From Pseudomonadota bacterium (lineage in GTDB: Bacteria; Bdellovibrionota_B; Oligoflexia; Silvanigrellales; Silvanigrellaceae), in the NCBI GenBank assembly GCA_039799905.1, contig JBDLRP010000039.1, positions 96,001-160,000 of the forward strand: a stretch of 64,000 nucleotides of DNA, written 5' to 3'. A program made the position numbers and the translations under genes. The notes under the pieces were generated by a model. It did no database searches. It saw nothing but the letters and a program-made list of their open reading frames with translations, and was not told the DNA's origin. This document shows, piece by piece, positions 51,189-61,195 of the stretch; positions within the stretch are counted from its first letter, which is position 1; each line of letters begins with the position of its first letter.

Positions 51189-52898
51189 TCAACGGTCAAG
51201 CTCTCCAGCGATAATGTTGATTGACCCCAGAGCCGCGACAGCGTCCGCAAGCCGGCCACCGATGACCATCTGTGCAAAGCCGCTCATCAGAGCGAAGCAC
51301 GGAGGACGGCACTTGACGCGATACGGTGTGCCTGAACCATCAGAGATCACATAAAAGCCGAGCTCGCCGTTTGCACCTTCAACGGCATGGTAAACTTCAC
51401 CCTTCGGCGGCTGCACGCCGTTGATGATCAGCATGAAGTGGTTCATCAGCCCTTCGATGTTTCCATAAACATCTTTCTTGCTGGGCAAAGAAATCGCCTT
51501 GTTGTCGATCGCGATTGGTCCTTCGGGCATGTTGTTGAGGCACCAGCGCAGAATGCGGATGCTCTGGCGAACTTCCTCCATACGAACAAGGTAACGGTCG
51601 TAGGTATCGCCCTTCACGCCGACAGGAACATCAAATTCAACCTGATCATAAAAGTAGTAGGGATCGTGTTTGCGCAGATCAAGCTCATATCCCGTCGCAC
51701 GCAGGCATGGACCGGTGAAGCCCCACTCGATGGCTGTCTTTCTGTCGATAGAGCCGGCATCGCGTGTGCGCTGAACAAAGATGCGGTTGTTGGTCAGCAG
51801 CTTGTCCATTTCTTCATGAGTTTTGGCGATGTGCTCGACAACTTCTATGGCTTCCTGAATCCAGCCATTTGGCAGGTCGAAGCCAAGGCCGCCGATGCGC
51901 GTCAGCGACACCGTCAGACGAGCACCACAGAGCTTTTCAAACAGGGTGTAAACCTTCTCACGTTCGTTGAACATGTAGAAGAAACCTGTAAGAGCACCAA
52001 GGTCAACCGCATTGGTGCCGATGCACACATAGTGGTCGATGATGCGTGACAACTCGTCCAGCACCATGCGCATCATTGTAGCTCTTGGCGGAACCTGAAC
52101 ACCGAACATCTTTTCGATGGTGGCGGCCCACGCGTTGTTGTTGATGGGGGCCGAACAATAATTGAGGCGGTCGGTGTAGGGGATGATTTGGTTGTAGTTG
52201 TGCGTCTCGCACATCTTCTCAAAACAGCGGTGCAGATAACCGATCTCTGAATCACATTCCTTGATCATTTCGCCGCCGTCGATCACCGCCATGAAACGAA
52301 GGGTTCCGTGCGTTGCGGGATGCGCGGGTCCGATGTTGATCCACATGAGATCGTCATCGTGCTTTTTCATCAGGCGGTCGCGGTCAGCTTCGAATGTGTG
52401 CTCAAGCGGAGCACCAGACATGGGCTGAATCTTGTCGGCGGGATAATCTTTGCGCAGCGGGTATCCGACAAACTCCTGATGACACAGAATACGCCGGAGG
52501 TCGGGATGCCCGTCAAAGCGGATGCCGAACATGTCGTAAGTTTCACGTTCAAACCAGTTTGCGCCCGCCCAAACGGCGGTTGCAGAAGCGACGCTCTCGC
52601 CATCACCAACCTGAGTCTTGACACGCAAACGGCGATTGAGCTCTTTGTTGAGCAAATGGTAGACAACATCGAAACGCTTTTCGCGTTCAGGCCAGTCGAC
52701 ACCGCAGACGTCGAGCAAAAAGCCGAAACCGTGCTTGCTCTTCAGAGCCTGCAACAGGGTGATGAGGTTTTCCTTGTCAACGACGATTGTCTGCTCGTGG
52801 CGCATCTCAAGACGTTCTTCAAATACAACACTTGCATTTGGAAGAGCTGATTTTAACTGTGCGACAAGGTCGGCGTAAAACGGACTCGCGTTATCCAT
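51189..52898 (-). CDS. nuoCD: NADH-quinone oxidoreductase fused subunit C/D
   Basis: WFERETYDMFG, PLRKDYP, NIGPAHPATHG, GYLHRCFEK, C-terminal GELDR. Confidence 0.96.
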   Translation of the reverse strand: MDNASPFYADLVAQLKSALPNASVVFEERLEMRHEQTIVVDKENLITLLQALKSKHGFGFLLDVCGVDWPEREKRFDVVYHLLNKELNRRLRVKTQVGDGESVASATAVWAGANWFERETYDMFGIRFDGHPDLRRILCHQEFVGYPLRKDYPADKIQPMSGAPLEHTFEADRDRLMKKHDDDLMWINIGPAHPATHGTLRFMAVIDGGEMIKECDSEIGYLHRCFEKMCETHNYNQIIPYTDRLNYCSAPINNNAWAATIEKMFGVQVPPRATMMRMVLDELSRIIDHYVCIGTNAVDLGALTGFFYMFNEREKVYTLFEKLCGARLTVSLTRIGGLGFDLPNGWIQEAIEVVEHIAKTHEEMDKLLTNNRIFVQRTRDAGSIDRKTAIEWGFTGPCLRATGYELDLRKHDPYYFYDQVEFDVPVGVKGDTYDRYLVRMEEVRQSIRILRWCLNNMPEGPIAIDNKAISLPSKKDVYGNIEGLMNHFMLIINGVQPPKGEVYHAVEGANGELGFYVISDGSGTPYRVKCRPPCFALMSGFAQMVIGGRLADAVAALGSINIIAGELDR

Positions 52899-53122
52899 CG
52901 GCTCTGAGCCTCCGTTCGTTCAACGGCTGGGTTGAAAACTTGTACAGATTCTTACAAAAACATGCACATACAAAGACATTGCTCGGAAGAAGTCAACCCG
53001 CGCCTCACACCCATTTTTAGGTTGAGGTTCAATTTGACTGGCACATCTTCGCAACTGACAATGAGCGTCGCATAATCAACCAGAACCTCAAGCCTTACAG
53101 GGGGCTATTTTTTGATTTTCAA

Positions 53123-53815
53123 ATGCACCCAATTGGAGCAAAGGTGATTGAAATTCTTGTCTGCACCGGAAAAAACGTAAACCAGCGTCATATTGCACGC
53201 GCAACCGATGCCCTGAGCAAGGGAGATATCGTCGTATTGCCAACTGAAACGGGGTACTGCTTTGCTGGAAGGTCTGACCACAAGGCAACCCACAGCGCTC
53301 TTCTCAAATTGAGACAAGCACACCCGCGCCACAAACCGTTCAGTTTGCTCTGCGAGAATGCAAAACAGATCGGACAAATCTCTCAGGTCTCGACAGCTGC
53401 CTACAGGGTCATCAACAAAGTCCTCCCGGGGCCATTTACGTTAATTCTGCCTGTTCACCGAAATACCCCACAAACTTCGACCGGCGAGTTCCGCACGACA
53501 GTCGGCGTCCGGATTTCATCGCATCCCATCGCACAGGCCGTCTGCGCCGCAGTGCAGGTCCCGCTCATGGTCACAAGCGTCACCGACGGCGAAGAGCTGA
53601 TTGCCGAGGGCTACACTGAGTCTGACTTTGAAGAACAGCTTGAGCGTTGGTGGACCAACGCCGAGGGAATCAGTCGGCACTCTCACGGCCTTGTCAAAAT
53701 ATTTCTTGCCGGAGAAGAGCCTCTGCCTCTGCACGTCTCGACTATCCTCGATTTGAGCACAGAAGGCGAAGTGCGGGTGCTGCGGGACGGAGGCTGGGAA
53801 CTGAGCATCGCCTGA
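53123..53815 (+). CDS. Sua5/YrdC/YciO family protein
   Basis: LPTETGY, KLR....KPFS, LPGPFTLIL, VGVRI, STILDL. Confidence 0.85.
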   Translation: MHPIGAKVIEILVCTGKNVNQRHIARATDALSKGDIVVLPTETGYCFAGRSDHKATHSALLKLRQAHPRHKPFSLLCENAKQIGQISQVSTAAYRVINKVLPGPFTLILPVHRNTPQTSTGEFRTTVGVRISSHPIAQAVCAAVQVPLMVTSVTDGEELIAEGYTESDFEEQLERWWTNAEGISRHSHGLVKIFLAGEEPLPLHVSTILDLSTEGEVRVLRDGGWELSIA

Positions 53816-53886
53816 AGTCAAAAATCAGACAAAGCCGGCACTCCGTAAAAAAGATACCGTTCGTACTGCTGATGTCGGAGGTGTCT

Positions 53887-54960
53887 ATGAAAGCGCGTGC
53901 GCGTCAAGTCCTCATTCCAATCATGGCCGCAACCGCAGCGGCCGCCTGCAAACAACGCGGTTTCAATTCGACAGATCAACAGGCATCTTTGCGTGTGCAA
54001 ACCGAAAAGATGGTCAGTTTCTGCCAGCCACCCACAGCACAAAAAATTCTCTGGGATGCACCGCGGGTGCAACAGGAAATATCAACTCTGCTGACAGAAT
54101 ACGGCTACAAAAGCAGTGGGCTGTCAGTCTATGCGGAAGTTTACCTGGCAATGACCGCCCAGCGTGACACTGCCCGATGTGAAACGACAAATAAAATGTA
54201 CCCGCAGACCGAGCTCAACCGCAGACTCAACGATGCTCTCGCGGATTTGATGACGAAGGGTCTGGTTGGGAGTCAACGCGTGTGTCTGAAGTCGTTCGCC
54301 AATCCAGCTCTGGTCGTGCCCACCATCGGGCAACAACTTTGTGAATTGGGTCACGAAGCTCTCAACAAACGCTGGAGTGCACTCGAATTCACTATGGGCT
54401 CGACCGCACAGTATTTGACAAGCATCATGGGAATCGCATTGTCTGCACTGCCTCACGCGAACATCCTTTGGCAGGACACGCCCTACACATCGCTGCAGGG
54501 ACGCATCGCCTATATGAAGGCAGAATTCAAACCTGTTTATGACGCATTCAATTTGTTTCTTTCCGACAACCTTCATACCGTGGCCGACGTACTGATGAAG
54601 GAAAATCGCGTTGACTGCGGGCTCTTCAAACATGCCGTTGCAGCCGCCGAGGCAACCCGCGCACCGACGCTGGTTTTTAAAAATATCCGCGACAAAACTT
54701 TCGAGCTCGGACTCGATCTCGCCGTGGCATGGTCGCGCGGGTTTCATCCATTCACGGCCGGCGAGGCTGCTTGGAATCCGGAGCGTCCATTCGGCTCCTT
54801 TGTCAAAGAGCCTCCGGCACTCGATCAGTTACGCAGGCATGCGCGCGACTCTGTCGGGCTGTTGAAAAATCCTCTTATGAAACTCTTTAAGAACAAAGAT
54901 GCTGCCACCTACATTTCAGGACAAGGTCTGACATGTCCGCTGCCTGTGCAGCCCAAGTGA
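53887..54960 (+). CDS. helical lipoprotein, possibly DUF5995-like
   Basis: GGAGG RBS; lipobox AAAC; GLSVYAEVYLAMT and YDAFNLFL recall DUF5995 (from memory, not searched). Confidence 0.65.
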   Translation: MKARARQVLIPIMAATAAAACKQRGFNSTDQQASLRVQTEKMVSFCQPPTAQKILWDAPRVQQEISTLLTEYGYKSSGLSVYAEVYLAMTAQRDTARCETTNKMYPQTELNRRLNDALADLMTKGLVGSQRVCLKSFANPALVVPTIGQQLCELGHEALNKRWSALEFTMGSTAQYLTSIMGIALSALPHANILWQDTPYTSLQGRIAYMKAEFKPVYDAFNLFLSDNLHTVADVLMKENRVDCGLFKHAVAAAEATRAPTLVFKNIRDKTFELGLDLAVAWSRGFHPFTAGEAAWNPERPFGSFVKEPPALDQLRRHARDSVGLLKNPLMKLFKNKDAATYISGQGLTCPLPVQPK

Positions 54961-55111
54961 TTGAGGCAACTTCGAGAATGCATAGTTATCAAATACTGCG
55001 GAAAACAGGGTCTTTACCGTTAAGCTTAAATAGTTGGGTGAACGTCAAGCTTGGCTGCTCAAAAAAATAACCACAACTCAACATACAATGAGAGTCAAAC
55101 AAAACTGAAAT

Positions 55112-56905
55112 TCAATCATCAAGTGTTACAAAATCCGAAACCTTGCTCCTTACGTTCTCTTTCATTTCTGCTTGAAGTGTTCCCAGATTAATATAACCCA
55201 TCCCGTATTCATTAGTGTTAAAATCAAGACCACTGAACATCAATTCATTGCTTCCACTCTTTGCAAGACTATAAATTTCAAATTTGAACTTGAGTGTTCT
55301 ATCTCCCAACTCTCCATTGGTCGGTGTGCCATCAACCCACTTTTTGAGAGAGAAAACAGAATTCTTTGACTGCAGATAAAAAAAGTCCGAACCGATTTTC
55401 CAGATTTTTTTCACCTGTACGTCGGAAGGAAACGGCACAGGATTCAACGCACCGGCAGCGGTAAGTCGCAAAATAGGAGTCTTCAAGGGTAGTCTACTAC
55501 TGCTGCTGTTATATGCTGATTGAATCTCGGTTTCATTGGAGCTTGGGACACTTGAATCAACACATCTAAGCCAATCAACCTGGGCTACTGAGTCACAAGC
55601 AGCTCCAACTTGATACGGACTACCGGTGTAGCAAACAACCTTACCCGGAGCGTAGTAATTAATGTCCGCCATCGCAGAGCCATTCGAATTTACAAAAAGA
55701 TAATCTCCGTTCTTCTCAGGAATGATTGATCCGTAACTGAGATTATTAGAATATGTATAATCGACGCCCCCCGATTCACATGAAGCTCTAAATACCGCCG
55801 CATTTGGCTTCGCTTCCCCATTTGGGCCAATTTGAGGATTACTTCCAAGATATAGGCCCGAGGTTACGGGATTACCAACCTGAACAAGAATTCTATCTTC
55901 ATCTTCTGCACTACCAAGCGATGGAGTGAAGGTTAGAATTTCTGGCTGAACCCAACCGCTCAAACCTGCACTTTTCGATGGGTGTGGACCAACATAGATC
56001 ACTTTATCGTTGGGATCGTTTGGCACTGGGAAAAATAGCGTTGGTCCGGCTGTGGATTCCGCGATTTGCTGCAATGCTCCATTTTTATCCACATATCTGA
56101 AGACATTCGTGCCATTAACATTCGCTGTGTAGTACAATCCCCCATTTGGCGTGGAGAAAAATTTACCAACCATGATGTTTGAATTCACCAAGAGTTTCAT
56201 TGAAGCGTCCGCAGGATTGATGCGAACAATTTCAGCATTCGCTGCAGCTTGGTTACTCCAAATTCGTAAAATAATCCGCCCCTGACCGTCAAATTGGAGA
56301 GTAGGTTGAGCACCCTGAACTCCCCAATTCACCGATTCTATTCGTTTATTTTCAAGCCAAACAAGACATTCGAGCACGTCGGGTGAGGCATCTTCTCGGG
56401 TAAGTTCGTTTAAGTTGCCTGAGGCCTTAAAAATTTGGCAGGTCAATCCACTCTTAGACGTATCGTAAATCCCATCCGGAAAAAAAACGTAGACTTCACC
56501 AGTCGGTGCTTTGTAAATTTCAGGTGGCCGTCCGTATGTGTTTGCATACTCCGAACCATCTTTGTTCACAAAAATATTTTTGATTTCCCGATTCTTAGTC
56601 ACCTTGGCCACAGATGCCTTATTTTCGCTACCATCACCTAAATTGAAAGGCTCATCTGCGGAAAGGAGCAATCCTTGCCCCACAGTCGAGCCTCCAAGTT
56701 TCGCGAACCCAAGCGCTCCCCGCAGGTCTAGCATCGTCTTTGAAGGATCAAAATTTCCAGATGGCCGTGAAGAGGAGGGAGAACTGGGAAGTTTATTTTC
56801 GGGGTTGCCCGCACCACTCCCATCTGACCCGCCAGGTGTCTTTTTTCCACAGCTCAACAAAATGATTCCGAACACACCAAGAGTCAGTTTTGTGGTCAAA
56901 TTCAT
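55112..56905 (-). CDS. AT-rich orphan lipoprotein, beta-rich (propeller-like)
   Basis: Lipobox LLSC; Gly/Ser/Pro linker; beta-strand-rich; Cys cluster in the C-terminal third. Confidence 0.75.
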   Translation of the reverse strand: MNLTTKLTLGVFGIILLSCGKKTPGGSDGSGAGNPENKLPSSPSSSRPSGNFDPSKTMLDLRGALGFAKLGGSTVGQGLLLSADEPFNLGDGSENKASVAKVTKNREIKNIFVNKDGSEYANTYGRPPEIYKAPTGEVYVFFPDGIYDTSKSGLTCQIFKASGNLNELTREDASPDVLECLVWLENKRIESVNWGVQGAQPTLQFDGQGRIILRIWSNQAAANAEIVRINPADASMKLLVNSNIMVGKFFSTPNGGLYYTANVNGTNVFRYVDKNGALQQIAESTAGPTLFFPVPNDPNDKVIYVGPHPSKSAGLSGWVQPEILTFTPSLGSAEDEDRILVQVGNPVTSGLYLGSNPQIGPNGEAKPNAAVFRASCESGGVDYTYSNNLSYGSIIPEKNGDYLFVNSNGSAMADINYYAPGKVVCYTGSPYQVGAACDSVAQVDWLRCVDSSVPSSNETEIQSAYNSSSSRLPLKTPILRLTAAGALNPVPFPSDVQVKKIWKIGSDFFYLQSKNSVFSLKKWVDGTPTNGELGDRTLKFKFEIYSLAKSGSNELMFSGLDFNTNEYGMGYINLGTLQAEMKENVRSKVSDFVTLDD

Positions 56906-56937
56906 TTACAAGACTCCCTGTTATCTTTTGTTGGATC

Positions 56938-56964
56938 GGTTCGGTCGAGGATTAAGAAAATTAA
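56938..56964 (-). promoter_or_regulatory. sigma28-like promoter
   Basis: Minus strand TTAATTTT-N11-ACCGAACC, ~32 nt upstream of the ATG at 56905. Confidence 0.45.
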
Positions 56965-57478
56965 GAACTATTTTACTACTCAGATTCTCAACAAATAAGT
57001 ATCTATTTTTGTTATTATTTATAGCTATAAAAATCAGTCGATATGAACTTTTCTACTGAATGTAGAGGCTCACAAAATTAGACGCAGTTCGAAAGAGAAA
57101 CGAAACTTGAAATGCACCACAAAATTCCACACCACATGCTTTTAGAAAGTTTGTCCTTTTTCCCCCTGCACCTTGAAATGCGCGAGAACCAAAGAGGGAA
57201 ACCAACACGAATCAAAATTAAACAAAATTACGGACTCTGAGCGGCCCGCGTGGGTGAGTTGACTGAAGAGTCGTATAGTGCATGAATTCGACTTTATACG
57301 TCGCTCTGGATGTTTGATTGCACTAATTTTATTGCATTTTTTAGAGCGAGAATCTTACCATTTTAAAAGATTCTCCAAAGAGGCTTATCTCACTTGCTCA
57401 GTAGACGTCCTATGCTATAGCACGGGCCCCTTCCGGACTCAGGCTGTCTGAGCCGGTTTTCATAAAAGTGAGGTTGCC

Positions 57479-57997
57479 GTGTTTTTCAGAGCTGCGCTCG
57501 TTTCGACTTTGTTTATTTCTGCCACTGGATTTGCTGTCACCGAGGCGGACCTTCTCAACGCTGAGAATGTGTTTGCAGGACACGTCAAAAACGTTCAGTT
57601 CGTACAAAGCCACCTGAACAAAGTTGCTGCCGATACTGGTATGCCAATCCCGACCGATGATGTTGGCGGAAACCCGAGCAACCCATCGCCTTGGTACGGT
57701 GAGCCAGAGGCCTGGACCGACCTCGTTGTTGCCATGCGCACATTGCAAACTGTGACGAGCCGAGTGGAAGCATCGATGCCAAGCTTGAAGTTTGTTCTTT
57801 TCAACTTCCCAGTCTTCACCGTGCGTCACACTGCGTTGTGCACTCAGCTCAACCAAATTGTGACAGCTTGGACTGCACTTGAATTTGCAGATTCAACAAC
57901 CCTGTTCCCAGTGCATCGTCTTGGACCAATCTTTTACCAAGACGCTCGCGCTGTAATTGACATTAGCCGTGGTCCAGCTGGTCTGCAGTGCCCATAA
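57479..57997 (+). CDS. secreted helical protein A
   Basis: GTG start with GAGG; signal peptide ending GFA; two Cys; ends LQCP. Confidence 0.7.
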   Translation: MFFRAALVSTLFISATGFAVTEADLLNAENVFAGHVKNVQFVQSHLNKVAADTGMPIPTDDVGGNPSNPSPWYGEPEAWTDLVVAMRTLQTVTSRVEASMPSLKFVLFNFPVFTVRHTALCTQLNQIVTAWTALEFADSTTLFPVHRLGPIFYQDARAVIDISRGPAGLQCP

Positions 57998-58008
57998 GGA
58001 AAGTCAAA

Positions 58009-58710
58009 ATGAAATTTGTTGCAAAAATCATTGCGGCCATTTGTGCCTGTGTTGTCTTAAGCGCTCCTAAAGTGGGCTTCGCCGATGAGCGTTCGCGTCT
58101 TGAGATTGCAATCGCATCGAGTCAGTATTTTGATTTCTTTACTTCCTCAGCTTTGAATTATTTGCAGGGTGCTTCCCCTGCATTCCCACAGTTTGATCCG
58201 CAAGCTGCGCGCGGTTCGCAATCAGGTATGCCCGTTGGATTTCCTCCCTGTGACCAGGGTGGAAGCTGGATGCTGGTTGACGACTCTGGCCCGTATTATG
58301 TTTGTGTTACCAGCGAGAACTATCGTTACTGTCCGAGCGGGACATCCGTTCAATATTTGTATGACCAAATAATGTACTGTGCGCCTTACTACACTCCAGA
58401 CTACTCTTTCCGTGGCTTGGGTGAGCAGGAAAATGACACTCTTGCCATTGAGGGTTTAAAGTGGTTCCAACGCTCTCAGAAGCACGCAGGTCTGAAATTT
58501 CGTGAGGCACTTCTCGCACTCAACAACAACGACTCTGTGCGGGCGCAGTCATTCAAGGCTGAAGGGTGTGGTCAATACAACGAGTCCAGCGTTGCCTTGG
58601 GTGCAACGACCTTCCCTGCGAATATGCCACCTTTGGGGTTCGTGAACGGAGCATTGCTCAACGACATGACGGCGGCACTGGATGCAACAAAAGCTGTTGT
58701 TTGTCCGTAA
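58009..58710 (+). CDS. secreted helical protein B with a Cys-rich insert
   Basis: AAGGA RBS; signal peptide ending GFA; six Cys in the mature protein; ends VVCP. Confidence 0.75.
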   Translation: MKFVAKIIAAICACVVLSAPKVGFADERSRLEIAIASSQYFDFFTSSALNYLQGASPAFPQFDPQAARGSQSGMPVGFPPCDQGGSWMLVDDSGPYYVCVTSENYRYCPSGTSVQYLYDQIMYCAPYYTPDYSFRGLGEQENDTLAIEGLKWFQRSQKHAGLKFREALLALNNNDSVRAQSFKAEGCGQYNESSVALGATTFPANMPPLGFVNGALLNDMTAALDATKAVVCP

Positions 58711-58723
58711 TGTGAGGTTTCCC

Positions 58724-59221
58724 ATGGTTCAGCTTTACTGTCGTTTGTCTGTCTTGAGTTCCGCTGTGCTTTCGCTTTGTGTATGCAGCGCTGCACATGC
58801 TCAAAGCCAGACGGCTCAATATGCACAAATTGCTCGTTTCAAAGCTGCATCTGTGATTCTCGACAGGGTTGTCAGTGACGTGGCGGGTTTTAAGTATCCG
58901 GGGGTGAATACCTCGGATATTCCAGAGCTCATGTCGCCATATACAACGATGCTTGTCGAGGCGACAGAGTCGTTGCGTCGCAATATTTCGTTGTCGCAGC
59001 GTCAGTTGGCAGAGCTGGCATTTTTCTGCGGGACTGGCATCATGAATTCCAAAAATCTCATTTTGCGCGAAATGCGTGGGCTGCTCCTACCGCAGAACCC
59101 GGGTGATACACCTGATCGCCTGCGGGCGGCTCATGCACCTGCAGTCGCGTTTTTTTCGGAACAATCAGCGGTGCTTGAAATCTTGCCGAGCGTGCTGGAT
59201 TGTCAGCGCGCTGAGCGTTGA
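58724..59221 (+). CDS. secreted helical protein C
   Basis: GAGG RBS; signal peptide ending AHA; two Cys in the mature protein; ends LDCQRAER. Confidence 0.7.
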   Translation: MVQLYCRLSVLSSAVLSLCVCSAAHAQSQTAQYAQIARFKAASVILDRVVSDVAGFKYPGVNTSDIPELMSPYTTMLVEATESLRRNISLSQRQLAELAFFCGTGIMNSKNLILREMRGLLLPQNPGDTPDRLRAAHAPAVAFFSEQSAVLEILPSVLDCQRAER

Positions 59222-60150
59222 AAAATCTCTTGCCATAGTTCGGGCGCATCGCTCTTCATTTTTTGAGCGATTGCATCCATCGGGGTTGCTTTGTTGAAAG
59301 CGAAAGTTTCTTCGCATTGGCTCCGCCGACTCTCTTCCTCACGCTGACATGCATCTTTTGCGAATTGCTCCGCGGATTTTTGGTCCGTGTTCGAAAGTGA
59401 ACCTGGCGTGAAAATATTCTGCCCAGCACCGCGGACGTGCAGTGCAATGACACAGGGTTCAGAGTTCTCGCTTCGCTGGATCAGCGGCCCTCCCGATTCA
59501 CCGGGCAGTGAGTCAACGTCATGAAGCAGGAAAGTGATGTTTGAGTCCTTGAGCTCGCGTACGATTTGGCCCGCGCTTTCGCTGAGGGGCAAGCCCTGCG
59601 GAAAACCCCAGAGGGAGACGCTCTTGAGCTCACGATTTGCTGAATTTTCCGGGCACGGTGAAATAAATTCTTTTGAGGGCGAATGAGCCCATCGAACAAT
59701 CATGGCATCGAGGCCCGAGTCGTTCCAAAGTACCTCGGCTTTTGTGAGAGGCAGGATTTCGAAGGTTGTTGTTTCGCCAAGAAAGGACAGCTGCGAGAAC
59801 TCATCAGCGACAACGAGCGAGAGCCAGTCTTCGTCGGTACTCTGGTAATTCAAGCGGGCCTGTTGAAGAAATGTTTTGCAGTGAGACGCTGTCATAAAGA
59901 GCTGACTGCTGACAAAAAAGGCTGTGCATCGCGGACGTGGGTTCTTAAATATATCCGGCACCTGGACACTGGGTGCAGCATCGACCGGATTCGGCTGAAG
60001 CCCAAAAACACTCGGAAGAGGACGATCTACGAAACGAAAGTCCGAACGACCAAAAATCGTTGCTAGTTTTGCAGACTCAAAACGTCCACAGCCATTCAAC
60101 AGAGCTATGAAAAAAAGTGATTGTATGAAGGGTAACCTAACTCGAGGCAT
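59203..60150 (-). CDS. trypsin-like serine protease lipoprotein
   Basis: Lipobox LNGC; CTAF, TASHC, GLDAM, GESGGP. Confidence 0.88.
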   Translation of the reverse strand: MPRVRLPFIQSLFFIALLNGCGRFESAKLATIFGRSDFRFVDRPLPSVFGLQPNPVDAAPSVQVPDIFKNPRPRCTAFFVSSQLFMTASHCKTFLQQARLNYQSTDEDWLSLVVADEFSQLSFLGETTTFEILPLTKAEVLWNDSGLDAMIVRWAHSPSKEFISPCPENSANRELKSVSLWGFPQGLPLSESAGQIVRELKDSNITFLLHDVDSLPGESGGPLIQRSENSEPCVIALHVRGAGQNIFTPGSLSNTDQKSAEQFAKDACQREEESRRSQCEETFAFNKATPMDAIAQKMKSDAPELWQEIFQRSAR

Positions 60151-60280
60151 GAAAACCAACACTCCATGAGGCGAGAACGTGTAGGTCAACCACAGTAAAC
60201 TCGACACTTCAAGGTCAAGGTTCCCAAAGTATTGAAGTGATTTCTATGACAACGTCCAAGACTTTAAAAAAAGAGGCTTT

Positions 60281-61195
60281 CTAGAAAAGAAATTCGCAAA
60301 AGTTTTTCCAGTTCAGTTCAGCAAGTTCATCACTGGAAACTCCCCTGATGACCGCAGCCTCGGCAATGACATCTGTCAGGAATACGGGTTCGTTCATATC
60401 GGGACGACCACCGTCGGCGAGCAGCGGAGACAGGTCCGGCGAGTCGGTTTCAAAGAGGATTGCCGCCGCGGGACAATTGACAAACGCCTGCCTGACCCTG
60501 CGTGCATCGGGCCATGTCAACACACCGCCGAAACTTGCGAATCCTCCAAGTTTCGCCAACCAATAAACGTCCTCAGCCGGCCCGCCATAACAATGAATCA
60601 TGAATTTCGGCACTCCGGCCGCAAGCGCGGACTCAATCGAAGTGCGTGTCTGCTGCCAAGCAGATCTACTGTGAATCACCAACGGCAAACGCAATTCTGC
60701 CGACAACTGTGAACATTCCAAAAAGGCAAACTGCTGCGCACGCAGCAATTCCTGCTTGCTCAGCCAGCCCTCGAGCATGTTTTTGTTGGCATCGAACCCC
60801 GTCTCACCAATCGCCCAAATCCACTTCTTAAAGCGTTCGGCCACACGACGCATTTGCTGCGCATCGAAAATTGCCTGTGTCTCATCAAAACTACCGTCGG
60901 CTGCACGCCAGCGGCGAGCGATTTCCATTGGATGTAAACCCAGCGCAGGAAGTATTGCGAATCCATTTAAGTGCAACAAAGCCTGCTCAAAAGAATCGCG
61001 CCCATCGCAGCGAGCTATCACATCTGACGCAAAGTCAGAGAGAAGCCTTTCAAATGAGTCCCACCAGACTCCAGCACTGAGGCAGCCTCGCACTCCGCGC
61101 TGCTGTGCGCGCCCGCAGACCTCACGCCATTGAATCGCTGAAAAAGCATCAGCGTGGGCGTGGGTATCAAATAATATGAAGGGGTGAACGCTCAT
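60281..61195 (-). CDS. tatD: TatD-family hydrolase
   Basis: DTHAH, GLHP, IGETGFD, IHSR, HCY, ETDSP. Confidence 0.9.
   Translation of the reverse strand: MSVHPFILFDTHAHADAFSAIQWREVCGRAQQRGVRGCLSAGVWWDSFERLLSDFASDVIARCDGRDSFEQALLHLNGFAILPALGLHPMEIARRWRAADGSFDETQAIFDAQQMRRVAERFKKWIWAIGETGFDANKNMLEGWLSKQELLRAQQFAFLECSQLSAELRLPLVIHSRSAWQQTRTSIESALAAGVPKFMIHCYGGPAEDVYWLAKLGGFASFGGVLTWPDARRVRQAFVNCPAAAILFETDSPDLSPLLADGGRPDMNEPVFLTDVIAEAAVIRGVSSDELAELNWKNFCEFLF

Noticed and set aside
53123..53815. Definite tsaC assignment
   Set aside because: It has VTSV in place of the TSAN motif and looks more YciO-like, so the symbol is withheld
60240..60270. sigma28 promoter for the serine protease
   Set aside because: TAAAGTCT is present on the minus strand, but there is no CCGA-type -10 box at the right spacing
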